Source: Nitrosopumilus sp.
GTDB taxonomy: Bacteria > Desulfobacterota > Binatia > UBA1149 > SPBQ01
DNA length: 64,000 nt
NCBI GenBank assembly: GCA_964225545.1
Contig: CAXQPB010000185.1
Coordinates: 1,781-65,780, forward strand
Direction of reading: 5' to 3'
Below, one piece after another: positions 48,997 to 58,804 of this stretch. Within the stretch, counting starts at the first letter, position 1; each line of letters starts with the position of its first letter. Both the position numbers and the translations under genes were made by a program. The notes below the pieces were generated by a model. It had not been told where the DNA came from and ran no database searches. It saw nothing but the letters and a program-made list of their open reading frames with translations.

Positions 48997-50487
48997 GTGA
49001 ACGCAAGCAAGGTCCTCATACGCCTCGCCCTGTTCGCCGTACTCGCGATCGGACTGGGCGCCTACATCTGGACGGTCGAGCGTCCACGAATGGCTGAGGA
49101 GAGCGCCGACGACCTGCTGATCGACTTCGAGCCGGGCCAGGTGACCGAACTCCGCCTCGTTTACGCGAACAGGCCTCCGTACATTCTGAAACGCGAAAGC
49201 CCCGATTCGGAATGGCAGATTCTCGAGCCGTTGCGGGCCAGGGCGGACGGTCCTACTGTCGACCGTCTGCTCGACCAGATCGCCCAGGCAAAAGCCGAGA
49301 GAAGAATTTCACCGGAGGAGGCGGAAGCCCCGGAAATCTACGGACTCGAGGGAGACGGCCAACGAGCCCGTGTCTCGATCCGGCTCGCAGACGGCACGGA
49401 GCTTCCCGACATCGTTGTCGGCCGAACCACGCCGGTCAACTATCTGGCGTTTGCACGCGTCGAGGGCGAGGAAGAGATACTGGTCACTCCGCTGATCTTT
49501 CACACGGGCGTTCACAAGACTCTGCTCGAACTGCGCGACAAGTCGCTGTTCGATTTCCCGGTCGACTCGGTAGTCGCATTCGAAATTGTGCAGACTGCTG
49601 TCGCCGGCGAGGGTGCAGACGCGGGACCCGCGACGTTGAGAGTGGTGCGAGGGGACAGCGGCTGGGAAATCGTCGAGCCCTTTGGCGACAGAGCGGACGA
49701 CGAGCCGGTGCGCGCGCTGCTGAGCAGCGTCGCAACGATGCAGGCCCTCGACTTCTATGCGCAGGGATCGTCGCAGGTCGAGGGGCTCTCGCCACCGATC
49801 CGGACGCTCGAGATCACGTTGAAGGACGGACAGAAAACAGGGCTGAAGCTCGGCGCCCCGACACCGGGGCAACCGGCCGGCTTTTTCATCGAGCGGACGC
49901 CCGACGGACTGCTCGCCAAAGGCCCGGAGTGGCTGCCGGCGAGCGTAACGCCGGACCCGGCACCGCTCCGTGACCGGCACCTGTTCACCTGCGGCAGCGA
50001 CGATGTAGCCGCCATCACCGTCCGGCGTCCACAGACACCCGAATTTACCATCGTCATCGAAGGCGACCAGTGGCGAATGAATCCAGGCTCGGACCGGGAG
50101 CTGCGCCAGGACGTCGCGGCACGACGTATCGCCGCCCTGACCGACCTTCGTGGCGAGACAATGGTCGTCGAGCCGCGGACCGATGCCTCCGCCAATCGCG
50201 AACCGGACTCACCAGAGTCCGAGGAGTTGCCGGGCGTTGTGATCGAACTGACCGGCAACGACGGCAGGTCCTGCGGCAGCCTGCGGGCAGTACGCGTCGA
50301 CCGCGGAGACGGAAGCCCGCCCGTGCTCTACCTCGAACGACTGAGCGACGGCGCGATATTCAGCGCTCCCGAGCACGTGTTCTCCCGAACAGACCTCTAT
50401 GCCGAAGATTTTCTGATGCCGCAGCAGCCTTCAGCGGTCAGACCCGACGGCTCGGCCGAGGCCGGCTCAGACCGGATCGGCCAGTAA
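48997..50487 (+). CDS. DUF4340-like periplasmic protein
   Basis: Start set at GTG 48997 (VNASKVLIRLALFAVLAIGLGAYIW, N-terminal TM). Usual partner downstream of GldG-like genes. Family assignment from memory. Confidence 0.55.
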   Translation: MNASKVLIRLALFAVLAIGLGAYIWTVERPRMAEESADDLLIDFEPGQVTELRLVYANRPPYILKRESPDSEWQILEPLRARADGPTVDRLLDQIAQAKAERRISPEEAEAPEIYGLEGDGQRARVSIRLADGTELPDIVVGRTTPVNYLAFARVEGEEEILVTPLIFHTGVHKTLLELRDKSLFDFPVDSVVAFEIVQTAVAGEGADAGPATLRVVRGDSGWEIVEPFGDRADDEPVRALLSSVATMQALDFYAQGSSQVEGLSPPIRTLEITLKDGQKTGLKLGAPTPGQPAGFFIERTPDGLLAKGPEWLPASVTPDPAPLRDRHLFTCGSDDVAAITVRRPQTPEFTIVIEGDQWRMNPGSDRELRQDVAARRIAALTDLRGETMVVEPRTDASANREPDSPESEELPGVVIELTGNDGRSCGSLRAVRVDRGDGSPPVLYLERLSDGAIFSAPEHVFSRTDLYAEDFLMPQQPSAVRPDGSAEAGSDRIGQ

Positions 50488-51507
50488 GGCCTCGAGAAAA
50501 CGGTCCATCTCTGCGTCCGTGCCGATCGTCACGCGAAAGCCGTCGCGAAGGCCATCGCGGTCGAAGTAACGAACGAGGACGTCGGCTGCGCGGAGTTTCT
50601 CGAACATCACCCGCCCTCCCCTCGCTCCGCAGTCGACCCACAGGAAATTCGCCTGGGACGGCTCGACGCCGAAGCCCTCTGCGCGGAGTCTGTGGGCCAC
50701 GCGATCTCGCGTGTCCTGAACTTTCCGGACCGTCGCTTTCATTGCGGCCTGATCATCCAGCGCCGCGACCCCCGCCGCGCACGCAAGGCGCGAAACGTTG
50801 GAGGAGTCTTTGACTTTGGCAAACTCCGCGATCAGCTCGGCAGGCCCGAACGCCAGCCCGAGGCGCACCCCCGCCATCGAGTAGGACTTGGAGAAGCTGC
50901 GCAGAACAATCAGGTTCGGAATTTCGCCGACGAGTCCGATCGCGCTGGAGTCTCCAAAGTCGACGTACGCCTCGTCTGAGACCACGAGCCCGTCGACCGA
51001 CTCCGCCAGCGCAGCGATATCGTCGAGCGGGATCCCGAAGCCGTAGGGAGCATTCGGGTTACAGACGAACGAAACCGCAGCCCCGATATCGATCAGTGAG
51101 CGGCAGCTGCGATCCGCGATTTCGACAACCCGTGCTCCGGCAATCTCGGCCAGGGTGCTGTAAAGCGAATAACTCGGCACGGTGTATGCGACCGTATCTC
51201 CGGCGTCGACACAGGCTCGCAGGCACATGGAGAGCAGCTCGTCCGAGCCGTTGCCGGCAAGCACCTGGGCCGGCTCAAGGCCGTAGACCTCTGCCGCCTT
51301 GTCGCGGAGTTCATCGGCCAGCGGAGACGGGTAGCGTTCGAGCGCGCCGGATGCTGCGCGACCGATCGCCTCTACGACACGCTGCGAGGGCGGATACGGA
51401 TTCTCGTTGGTATTGAGCTTGATCAACCCCGGCCGGCGCGGCTGTTCGCCGGGAACATAGCCCGCGAGAGCCGCCGTGCGCGCAGAGACCGGCAGCTTCT
51501 TTGTCAT
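50467..51507 (-). CDS. hisC: Histidinol-phosphate aminotransferase
   Basis: 346 aa. KLNTNENPYPPS. PLP-lysine context LRSFSKSYSMAGVRLG. Confidence 0.9.
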   Translation of the reverse strand: MTKKLPVSARTAALAGYVPGEQPRRPGLIKLNTNENPYPPSQRVVEAIGRAASGALERYPSPLADELRDKAAEVYGLEPAQVLAGNGSDELLSMCLRACVDAGDTVAYTVPSYSLYSTLAEIAGARVVEIADRSCRSLIDIGAAVSFVCNPNAPYGFGIPLDDIAALAESVDGLVVSDEAYVDFGDSSAIGLVGEIPNLIVLRSFSKSYSMAGVRLGLAFGPAELIAEFAKVKDSSNVSRLACAAGVAALDDQAAMKATVRKVQDTRDRVAHRLRAEGFGVEPSQANFLWVDCGARGGRVMFEKLRAADVLVRYFDRDGLRDGFRVTIGTDAEMDRFLEALLADPV

Positions 51508-53006
51508 CGGACTGCCCCTGAAACCGTGCGTGATTCCGTTGTTGCAATCGTGCCCGCGTCTTCTTCAAGCATGGGAATCATCGAGGATCGCTGCGCTTTG
51601 AGACGGCCCTGCGGACGCTGCGACCCCGGCGCCGCCGGCGGCGTATTTGAAGACTGCTCTTCCAGCACCCGCCTGCGGCGATCCAGCGCGACGACCAACG
51701 GATCGTCTGCCGTGATCGCGGCATCGGCTTTCGTATAATAGAGGAGCGCCTGGCCCGGTTGTCCCATCATCTCGGCCGCGATGCCGTAATAATAGAAGCC
51801 GGCACCCGTTCGTCCTGCTTTATCGAGAGCGCGGCCGAGTGTCTGCAGAAGTTGCGGCTTATACGGATAGAGCTGATGGGCACGCTCGAGCTCCTGAACC
51901 GCCGAGTCATGCTCTCCCATCTGGTGAAGGACCTCCCCGAGATCCGCTGCCGCGTTCCAGTCTCCCGGCGCACGTTTGACCGCCCGCTCGAGGCGCTCGC
52001 GTGCGCCCGCGAGCTCGCCGGTTCGCAGGTAGGCACGACCCAGCTCACGGTCGACCTGCCGCCCGGCTTCCTCCGCCTGCTCGAGGTAGCGGCGAGCCAG
52101 CTGCCAGTCCTGCCCGTGGACCATAAGAACGCCGATGAGCTCGAGGGCCTTCGGGCGCTTTTCCGCGGTGGCCGCTGCAAGCCTGCGCTCGTAGGGCGGG
52201 ATCGCCTCCCTGCGTGTCTGCGCGTTCGCTCGAGAGATCGCCCGCGCGCGCTCGTAGCGCCAATCGGCCGGCGCAGTCTCCAGCTCCCACTCGGTCTTGC
52301 CGAGAGCCGCCTCGAGATAGGCCATCCGCTCGCCGGTCAGCGGGTGGGAGAGGAAATAGGGAGGCACGACGGTAGGGTTCACCTTTTGCTCATCGTAGAT
52401 CTTGCGCAGCAGGCCGAGCATCGCCTCGGGTTCGTATCCCGCCTTCTCCGCGAACTCGATGCCGAGAAAATCCGCTTCGCGCTCAAAATCACGCTGGTAC
52501 TTGAGCTGCTGCACAGAGGCGGCAGCGATCGCCGCCTGACCGAGGACCGGGTTGATGAAGGTCAGAAACATGCCGAGGAGGCTTGCGTAGTTTGACGCCT
52601 TGGCCTTCTCCTGCTGGCGCATCGAGTGATGTGCATGCGCGTGCGCGACTTCGTGTCCGACAACACCGGCGAGCTCTGCCTCATTGGCAGCACGCGCGAT
52701 AAGACCCGCGTGCACGAAGATCTTCCCCCCTGGAACGGCGAAGGCGTTGATCGAATCCTCGTTGACGATGAAGAACTCGTAATCGAAGGGCTGACTGCCG
52801 AGCGTATCGACGAATCGATTGCCGACCTCGGTGATGAACCCGTTGATTTCGTAATCGTCGATCAGCGGAATCCCGAAGCGCGCCTGGCGAGCGAATTCGT
52901 CTCCGACCTGCCGTTCCGTCGCGACGGTTCCCCACGCGATGACCGGAGAGAGCGCGACAGCGAGGCTCAGCGCAGCAACGCCTGCCTTTGGAAGGACTCG
53001 AAGCAT
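51504..53006 (-). CDS. M48-family metalloprotease with TPR domain (BepA/YfgC-like)
   Basis: HExxH in VVGHEVAHAHAHH. TPR-rich C-terminal half. Start set at ATG 53006 (MLRVLPKAGVAALSLAVALSPVIAWG signal), which avoids overlap with hemB. Confidence 0.82.
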   Translation of the reverse strand: MLRVLPKAGVAALSLAVALSPVIAWGTVATERQVGDEFARQARFGIPLIDDYEINGFITEVGNRFVDTLGSQPFDYEFFIVNEDSINAFAVPGGKIFVHAGLIARAANEAELAGVVGHEVAHAHAHHSMRQQEKAKASNYASLLGMFLTFINPVLGQAAIAAASVQQLKYQRDFEREADFLGIEFAEKAGYEPEAMLGLLRKIYDEQKVNPTVVPPYFLSHPLTGERMAYLEAALGKTEWELETAPADWRYERARAISRANAQTRREAIPPYERRLAAATAEKRPKALELIGVLMVHGQDWQLARRYLEQAEEAGRQVDRELGRAYLRTGELAGARERLERAVKRAPGDWNAAADLGEVLHQMGEHDSAVQELERAHQLYPYKPQLLQTLGRALDKAGRTGAGFYYYGIAAEMMGQPGQALLYYTKADAAITADDPLVVALDRRRRVLEEQSSNTPPAAPGSQRPQGRLKAQRSSMIPMLEEDAGTIATTESRTVSGAVR

Positions 53007-53037
53007 GAAGCGGCGCGCCGGCAGCGCCCCCCCAGCC

Positions 53038-54006
53038 TCAGAGAGACCTGGCGAAGTCCATCGCATGATAGGTGATGATGATATCCGCGCCCGCTCGTTT
53101 GATCGACGTAAGAGTTTCCTTCATCGCCCGCTGCTCATCGAGCCAGCCCGCAGCAGCGGCGGCCTTGAGCATCGAGTACTCTCCGCTGACCTGGTAGGCT
53201 GCGACGGGACAGGAGCAGGCGTCGCGAACGCGCCGGATCACGTCAAGGTACGGCAGCGCCGGCTTTACCATGACCATGTCGGCCCCCTCCTCGATATCGA
53301 GAAGCACCTCGCGCAAGGCCTCGACCCCGTTGGCAGGGTCCATCTGGTAAGAATTTCGGTCCCCGAACTGAGGCGCCGACTCCGCAGCGTCGCGAAACGG
53401 TCCATAGAACGCCGAACAGAACTTGGCGGCGTACGAGAGAATCGCGATGTCCTCGTGACCGGCCTCGTCAAGCGCATTGCGGATCACACCGACTCGGCCG
53501 TCCATCATGTCGGACGGCGCGACAATGTCCGCCCCTGCACGCGCATGCGAAACCGCCTCGAGTGCGAGCAGCTCGCAGGTCGGATCGTTGGCTACCGTCT
53601 CATCTCTGATGACGCCGCAGTGCCCATGGTCTGTGTATTCGCACAGGCAGACGTCGGTCACCACGAGCATGTCCGGCACCGAGTCCTTGATCGAGGAGAC
53701 TGCTCTCTGGACGACGCCGTCCTCAGACCAGGCCTCCGTTCCTGTCGCGTCCTTGCTGTCAGGGATTCCGAAGAGAAGCACCGCAGGAATTCCGAGCGCC
53801 GCGGCCTCGGCTGCCGTCGCCGTGGCACGATCGACAGACTGCTGAAACACGCCGGGCATCGAGCTCACGGGTTCTTCGACCCCCTTGCCGGACCGCACGA
53901 ACAGCGGGAGTACGAGATCGGAAACCGAAACGTCGGTCTCACGGACCATTCGGCGCAGGGTGGCCGAGCGGCGCAGCCTGCGAGGACGTTGTAACGGATA
54001 TGCCAC
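53038..54006 (-). CDS. hemB: Porphobilinogen synthase (ALA dehydratase)
   Basis: 322 aa. RPRRLR. Cys-rich Zn site [14 protein letters not shown]. Active-site context [10 protein letters not shown]. Confidence 0.95.
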   Translation of the reverse strand: MAYPLQRPRRLRRSATLRRMVRETDVSVSDLVLPLFVRSGKGVEEPVSSMPGVFQQSVDRATATAAEAAALGIPAVLLFGIPDSKDATGTEAWSEDGVVQRAVSSIKDSVPDMLVVTDVCLCEYTDHGHCGVIRDETVANDPTCELLALEAVSHARAGADIVAPSDMMDGRVGVIRNALDEAGHEDIAILSYAAKFCSAFYGPFRDAAESAPQFGDRNSYQMDPANGVEALREVLLDIEEGADMVMVKPALPYLDVIRRVRDACSCPVAAYQVSGEYSMLKAAAAAGWLDEQRAMKETLTSIKRAGADIIITYHAMDFARSL

Positions 54007-54093
54007 GGCGCGACCTTACTTCTCTAATTGCCGATTCGCAAAGCAGAAACGCGATGCCCTGGAGGATCGTCGGCAGCCGGCGGAAACCGCCGA

Positions 54094-55626
54094 CTAACGC
54101 AGAGCGGAAAAGTAGCCAATGATCGCCTCTGCGAGGTCGGGACCGGTATAGCTGTCCGGCATCGCATCGACCTTAACCGCAGCAGCACGAAGCGTATCCG
54201 CCGTGATCGGTCCGATTGCAGCGACCGCTTTGTCCGCGAGAAGATCACGCAGGTCCCCGCGGCACAGCGTGGCCAGATTCGTGACAGTGCTCGAACTGGT
54301 GAAAGTGACCATGTCGGCGTCTGCCACGACCTTACGTGGGTCGGGATCGTCTGGAGTACGGGCGGGGAGAACGGTGCGATACAGCGGAACGACATCGACC
54401 TCCGCACCCCGCGCGCGCAACTGATCCGGCAGCACTTCACGCGCAACCTCGGCTCGTGCGAGCATCAGCCGCAGACCATCGACATCGCCAAGCGCCTCCA
54501 GCAGGCCCTCCGCCCGGTACTCGTCGGGCTGCGCTGCCACATGAAGGCCGCGCTCCGTCACGACCTTCGCCGTCGCCGGGCCTATGGCCGCGATCGAGAC
54601 CCCGCCCAGCTCACGGATATCGTGACCACCGGTACGCAGAGCATCGAAGAACCGCTCCGCACCGTTCACGCTGGTAAGCAGCAGCCAGTTGTAACTTCCA
54701 AGTTGCCCGAGGGCAGACTCGACAAGAGCCGGGTCCGACGGAGGCCCGATCTCGCTCACCGGCATCTCCAGGATCTGCGCGCCCTGGTCCTCGAGCAGCG
54801 ACGCGAGGCGCCGGCTTTGATGGCGGGCCCTCGTCACGACGATCTTCCTCCCGAACAACGGGAGCGTCTCGTACCAGGAAAGAGTGTCGGAAAGCCCGGC
54901 AACGCCGCCGATCACGATCGCGACCGGCGGCCGCATTCCCTCGGCCTCGATGCGCTCACCGAGCGTAGCCACCGTACCGGTGATGCGTGTCTGCTGAGGC
55001 GTGGTCCCCCAACGCACCGCCGCCGCTGGAGTGTTCGGGTCCATCCCGGCATCGACAAGAGCGCGACCGATCTCCACGGCTTTCAACATTGCCATCAGGA
55101 AGACCAGAGTCGACTGGCTACGAACCAGGGCCTGCCAGTCGTGCTTCACCTCGCCCCGAGCGTCACCGGGTTGCCCCGTGACAATGGTCACCACGGACGC
55201 GTGTTCCCGATGGGTCAGCGGGATGCCCGCATACGCCGGCGCAGCAGAGGCTGCCGTGACCCCCGGAACGATCTCGAACGCTACCCCCGCAGCGGCGCAG
55301 GCCTCTGCCTCCTCACCTCCGCGACCGAACACGAACGGGTCCCCGCCCTTGAGCCGGACAACCGTCCGGCCAGCCGCGGCGTGCTCTACGAGCATACGCG
55401 CGATGTCTTCCTGCGGAACGGTGACGCGTCCACGGCTCTTGCCGACCATGATCTTGTCCGCGTTCTCTGGCGCGTACTCGAGCAGACGCGGGTTGGCCAG
55501 CGAGTCATAGAGCACCACGTCGGCCCTCATCAGACATTCCACTCCCCGCAGCGTGATCAGCCGGGGATCACCCGGCCCGGCGCCTACCAGATATACCCTC
55601 GCGGGCTTGCGTCTATCATCCGCCAT
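54094..55626 (-). CDS. cobA: Fused uroporphyrinogen-III C-methyltransferase / uroporphyrinogen-III synthase
   Basis: 510 aa. N-half SUMT (VYLVGAGPGDPRLITLRG...RLKGGDPFVFGRGGEE). C-half HemD-like (LFGRKIVVTRA...FTSSSTV). Confidence 0.9.
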   Translation of the reverse strand: MADDRRKPARVYLVGAGPGDPRLITLRGVECLMRADVVLYDSLANPRLLEYAPENADKIMVGKSRGRVTVPQEDIARMLVEHAAAGRTVVRLKGGDPFVFGRGGEEAEACAAAGVAFEIVPGVTAASAAPAYAGIPLTHREHASVVTIVTGQPGDARGEVKHDWQALVRSQSTLVFLMAMLKAVEIGRALVDAGMDPNTPAAAVRWGTTPQQTRITGTVATLGERIEAEGMRPPVAIVIGGVAGLSDTLSWYETLPLFGRKIVVTRARHQSRRLASLLEDQGAQILEMPVSEIGPPSDPALVESALGQLGSYNWLLLTSVNGAERFFDALRTGGHDIRELGGVSIAAIGPATAKVVTERGLHVAAQPDEYRAEGLLEALGDVDGLRLMLARAEVAREVLPDQLRARGAEVDVVPLYRTVLPARTPDDPDPRKVVADADMVTFTSSSTVTNLATLCRGDLRDLLADKAVAAIGPITADTLRAAAVKVDAMPDSYTGPDLAEAIIGYFSALR

Positions 55627-55635
55627 CGGTGATCT

Positions 55636-56592
55636 TCACGTCCCCGAGTTGCTGCGCCCGGCCGCCTCCTCGACCTCGGCGACGATCTCGCCTGCCCCGG
55701 CAGAAAGCAGTCGCTCTCCGAGCCGCTCGCCAACCGCCTCAGCCGCTTCCGACTGCCCGGTCTCGACATCACGGACCACAGCCGCTCCATCGGGCGTAGC
55801 CACCAGACCGATCACCCGCATGCTCTCTCCGTCGCACGTCGCATAAACCGCAACCGGCAAGTGACAGCTTCCGCCGAGCAGTCGCGCTGCTGCGCGTTCG
55901 GCCTGCGCGCAACGAAATGTCGTCCGATCCGTTGCCTGCTCCAGCACGTCCGTGAATCCTGTATCGGCACCCCGAGCGCCGATGGTGACGGCGAGCATCC
56001 CCTGCCCCGGTGCCGGCACGAAAGTCTCCGGGGCGAGGGCGACCGCACGCACCGGAGCAATGTCGACGCCGAGCCGGTCCAGTCCGGCCGCTGCCAGAAG
56101 GGTCAGGTCGAAATCTCCGTCGATCAGCCGACGCAGACGCGTCTCCACATTGCCACGCAGAACCTCGATCCGCAGCTCGCTCTCGATCGCCAGCAATTGC
56201 GCTGCGCGCCGAAGACTCGTTGTGCCCACGCGGGATCCGGGTTGAAGATTTTCGAGCCCGGTACCATCTCTGGAAAGCAGGAGATCTCGACAGTCGGCAC
56301 GCTGCGGGATGCATCCGATCATGATCCCGTCGGGCAACTCGGTGGGGACATCCTTCAGCGAGTGAACAGCGCAGTCGACGCGCCCATCGAGCAGCGCCTC
56401 GTCGAGTTCCTTGACGAACAACCCCTTGCCGCCGGCTTCTCGCAGCGGCACGTCGTGAATGACATCGCCCGTCGTCTCGATCGGTACGACCTCCCACTCA
56501 TAGCCGCGATCGATCGCGCGAAGCTCGTTGAGCAGTTGTTCGGTCTGAGTCCGGGCGAGTCGACTCCGCCGTGATCCGACGCGGACTTTCAC
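55636..56592 (-). CDS. hemC: Hydroxymethylbilane synthase
   Basis: 318 aa. VRVGSRRSRLARTQT, TTGD, AVHSLKDVP, GTTSLRR, and the cofactor Cys in GGSCHLPV. Confidence 0.95.
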   Translation of the reverse strand: MKVRVGSRRSRLARTQTEQLLNELRAIDRGYEWEVVPIETTGDVIHDVPLREAGGKGLFVKELDEALLDGRVDCAVHSLKDVPTELPDGIMIGCIPQRADCRDLLLSRDGTGLENLQPGSRVGTTSLRRAAQLLAIESELRIEVLRGNVETRLRRLIDGDFDLTLLAAAGLDRLGVDIAPVRAVALAPETFVPAPGQGMLAVTIGARGADTGFTDVLEQATDRTTFRCAQAERAAARLLGGSCHLPVAVYATCDGESMRVIGLVATPDGAAVVRDVETGQSEAAEAVGERLGERLLSAGAGEIVAEVEEAAGRSNSGT

Positions 56593-57887
56593 TCCTCGTC
56601 CTTCTTCGCACCGAGGCGGAACAGTTCTCGCAGTGCTCCGAGCAGAACGAACTCGTTCGCCGGCGATTCGGTCCGTCTCAGCGAGGCCGTGGGTTCGTGC
56701 AGCAGCTTGTTGATGATCGCACGGGTCATCGAGTCGATGCGCTCCCGTTCGGCCTCACCGAGCCCCTCTAGCCTGGCCAGCGTACGCTCCACTTCGCTGA
56801 TCCGCACCGACTCCGCGAACTCACGCAACTCGACGATTGTCGGCACGACGTCTAGCTTCTCGAACCACTGCCAGAACCGATCGACCTCCAGCTCGACGAT
56901 CGCCTCTCCGCGTATCGCCTCACGCTGCCGCTCGCCGATGTTTTCCTCGACGATCTCGGACAGATCATCGATATCGAAGAGGTACACATTGTCGAGATCG
57001 TTGATGCGCGGGTCGAAATTTCGCGGCACCGCCAGATCAATCAGAAACACCGGCCGTCCACGACGCTCCCGCATCACCCGTTTCATCTCTGCCGCGTCGA
57101 TCAGGTGGCCTCCCCCGGCCGATCCAATGACAAGGTCAGCCAGAGGCAGATACATCCGAAGGCGATCGAGCGGCACCGGCGTGCCGTCGAAGCGTCGCGC
57201 CAACGCTACGGCCGACTCGAAGGTCCGGTTGGCGACCATGACGCGCGACGCGCCCGCTGCGACAAGGCTGCGTGCCGCCGCTTCGCCCATCTCTCCGACG
57301 CCGATGAGGAGCACGGCGCGGTCATCGAGTGTCTCGAAGATCTTACTGGCGAGGTCGACCGCGCTCGAGGCGACGGACACGCTCCGCGAAGCGACGCCGG
57401 TTTCACTACGAACCCGTTTGGCGACCGAAAAGCCCTTGTGAAATACCCGATGCAGCACCGGGCCTACGGTTTTCGCGGTCTCACAGAGGCCGAACTGCTC
57501 TTTCATCTGCCCGAGAATCTGCGGCTCGCCGACGACCATGGAATCAAGGCTCGACGCCACCCGGAAAACGTGGCGTACGGCATCTCGTCCACGCAGATCG
57601 AACATCGAATCCGAGTAGGCCACGCTCAGGCTCGCTGCAGCCTCTGCGCCGCCGCTCAGCAGCAGTCGTTCGACCACGCCCGGCACCGGATTCGAATCGG
57701 GGTGGCAACAGGTGACCGCCTCGACCCGGTTACATGTGGACAGGACCACTGCCTCGCGTACTGTCGGCAGTGCGACCAGGTCCTGCAGCAAGCGCTCGCG
57801 GCCTTCATCGGCGAGCGCCAGTTGTTCGCGAACATGAACCGGCGCCGTGTGGTGGCTAAGGCCGACGATGACAACGTCGTTGGTCAT
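56589..57887 (-). CDS. hemA: Glutamyl-tRNA reductase
   Basis: 432 aa. VVLSTCNRVE. NADPH loop LIGVGEMG. C-terminal dimerisation helix. Confidence 0.95.
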   Translation of the reverse strand: MTNDVVIVGLSHHTAPVHVREQLALADEGRERLLQDLVALPTVREAVVLSTCNRVEAVTCCHPDSNPVPGVVERLLLSGGAEAAASLSVAYSDSMFDLRGRDAVRHVFRVASSLDSMVVGEPQILGQMKEQFGLCETAKTVGPVLHRVFHKGFSVAKRVRSETGVASRSVSVASSAVDLASKIFETLDDRAVLLIGVGEMGEAAARSLVAAGASRVMVANRTFESAVALARRFDGTPVPLDRLRMYLPLADLVIGSAGGGHLIDAAEMKRVMRERRGRPVFLIDLAVPRNFDPRINDLDNVYLFDIDDLSEIVEENIGERQREAIRGEAIVELEVDRFWQWFEKLDVVPTIVELREFAESVRISEVERTLARLEGLGEAERERIDSMTRAIINKLLHEPTASLRRTESPANEFVLLGALRELFRLGAKKDEE

Positions 57888-57914
57888 GAGTTGGGCTGCT
57901 CGCCGGTTCCGCGA

Positions 57915-58745
57915 TCAGGAACCGAGCCCTCCCCCATGCCGGCCGGGTACCGCCATCAGGCTGATCGACACAAAGGACACCACGACGATACCGAAACCCA
58001 CGATGGTGAGCATCGCCGCCCGCCGACCACGCAGCCCCGCGGTCAGACGGAACTGCAGCAGCGCAGCGTAGAGGATCCAGGTCAGCAGGGAGAGAATCTC
58101 GCGAACTTCCCACGACCAGAACGTACCGCCGGCGTTGAGGGCAGAAATACCGCCGGTGAGGATTCCCAGACTCATCAGCGGGAAACCCCAGGCAAGACAA
58201 CGATAATTGAGTCGGTCGAGCTGTTCGAGCGATGGCAGCTTTCGGAGGAACGCGGTCCTGCTGTGTCGCTTCAGGCCTTTCTCCTGTACCAGGTAAACGA
58301 TGCTTATCGCGAAGGCCACGGCGAAAACCGCGTTTCCGAGAAATGCCAGCGAGATATGGGTACTCAGCCAGGGGCTGCGCATCGCCGGGGGAATCCCCTC
58401 CCCGCCGTCTACGAAGAGAATCACCGCCGCCAGCGTCATCGCACAGGCAATCGGCGAGAGCACGGCCGCGATCACATTCAACCGCTGCCCCCGGCCGACG
58501 ACGAGAAACGCGCCGACGATCAGCCAGGAGAAAAATGCGAGGCGCTCGCCGAACGTACCGACGCCTGCGACCCCGGCCTCCAGAAAGTGCCAGCCGATTG
58601 CGATTGACTGGAGCAGGAACCCCGCAGCGAGTGCCAGCGCTCCGCTTCGAGCGAGTTTCTCGCTGGGGCGAACGAATTGATATGCAAGCGCTACCGTGGC
58701 GCCGAGATAGGCCACGCAGGCAAGCTCGAGAAAGCCCAGATCCAC
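57915..58745 (-). CDS. CcsA-like cytochrome c assembly family membrane protein (HemX-type, first gene of the hem cluster)
   Basis: 276 aa, about 8 TMs. Trp-rich segment (GGTFWSWEVREILSLLTWILY). Positioned like Bacillus hemX next to hemA. Confidence 0.7.
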   Translation of the reverse strand: MDLGFLELACVAYLGATVALAYQFVRPSEKLARSGALALAAGFLLQSIAIGWHFLEAGVAGVGTFGERLAFFSWLIVGAFLVVGRGQRLNVIAAVLSPIACAMTLAAVILFVDGGEGIPPAMRSPWLSTHISLAFLGNAVFAVAFAISIVYLVQEKGLKRHSRTAFLRKLPSLEQLDRLNYRCLAWGFPLMSLGILTGGISALNAGGTFWSWEVREILSLLTWILYAALLQFRLTAGLRGRRAAMLTIVGFGIVVVSFVSISLMAVPGRHGGGLGS

Positions 58746-58804
58746 GCTCTCAGGCTATCACGACGGCGCGGACCGGGCCACGTCAGCCCGGCCCTCCGGC
58801 AGCC

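Noticed and set aside
54028-55632. 534-aa plus-strand ORF. Similar long antisense ORFs occur at 57105-58607, 58232-59560, 60580-61854, 35792-36964, 44271-45323, 30731-31861 and 39377-40222
   Set aside because: Each is antisense to a gene with strong family signatures (cobA-hemD, hemA and the hemX-like gene, mltD, the binding protein, cysM-like, polA, arsA-like, DASS). Their translations are Arg/Pro/Gly-rich and featureless.
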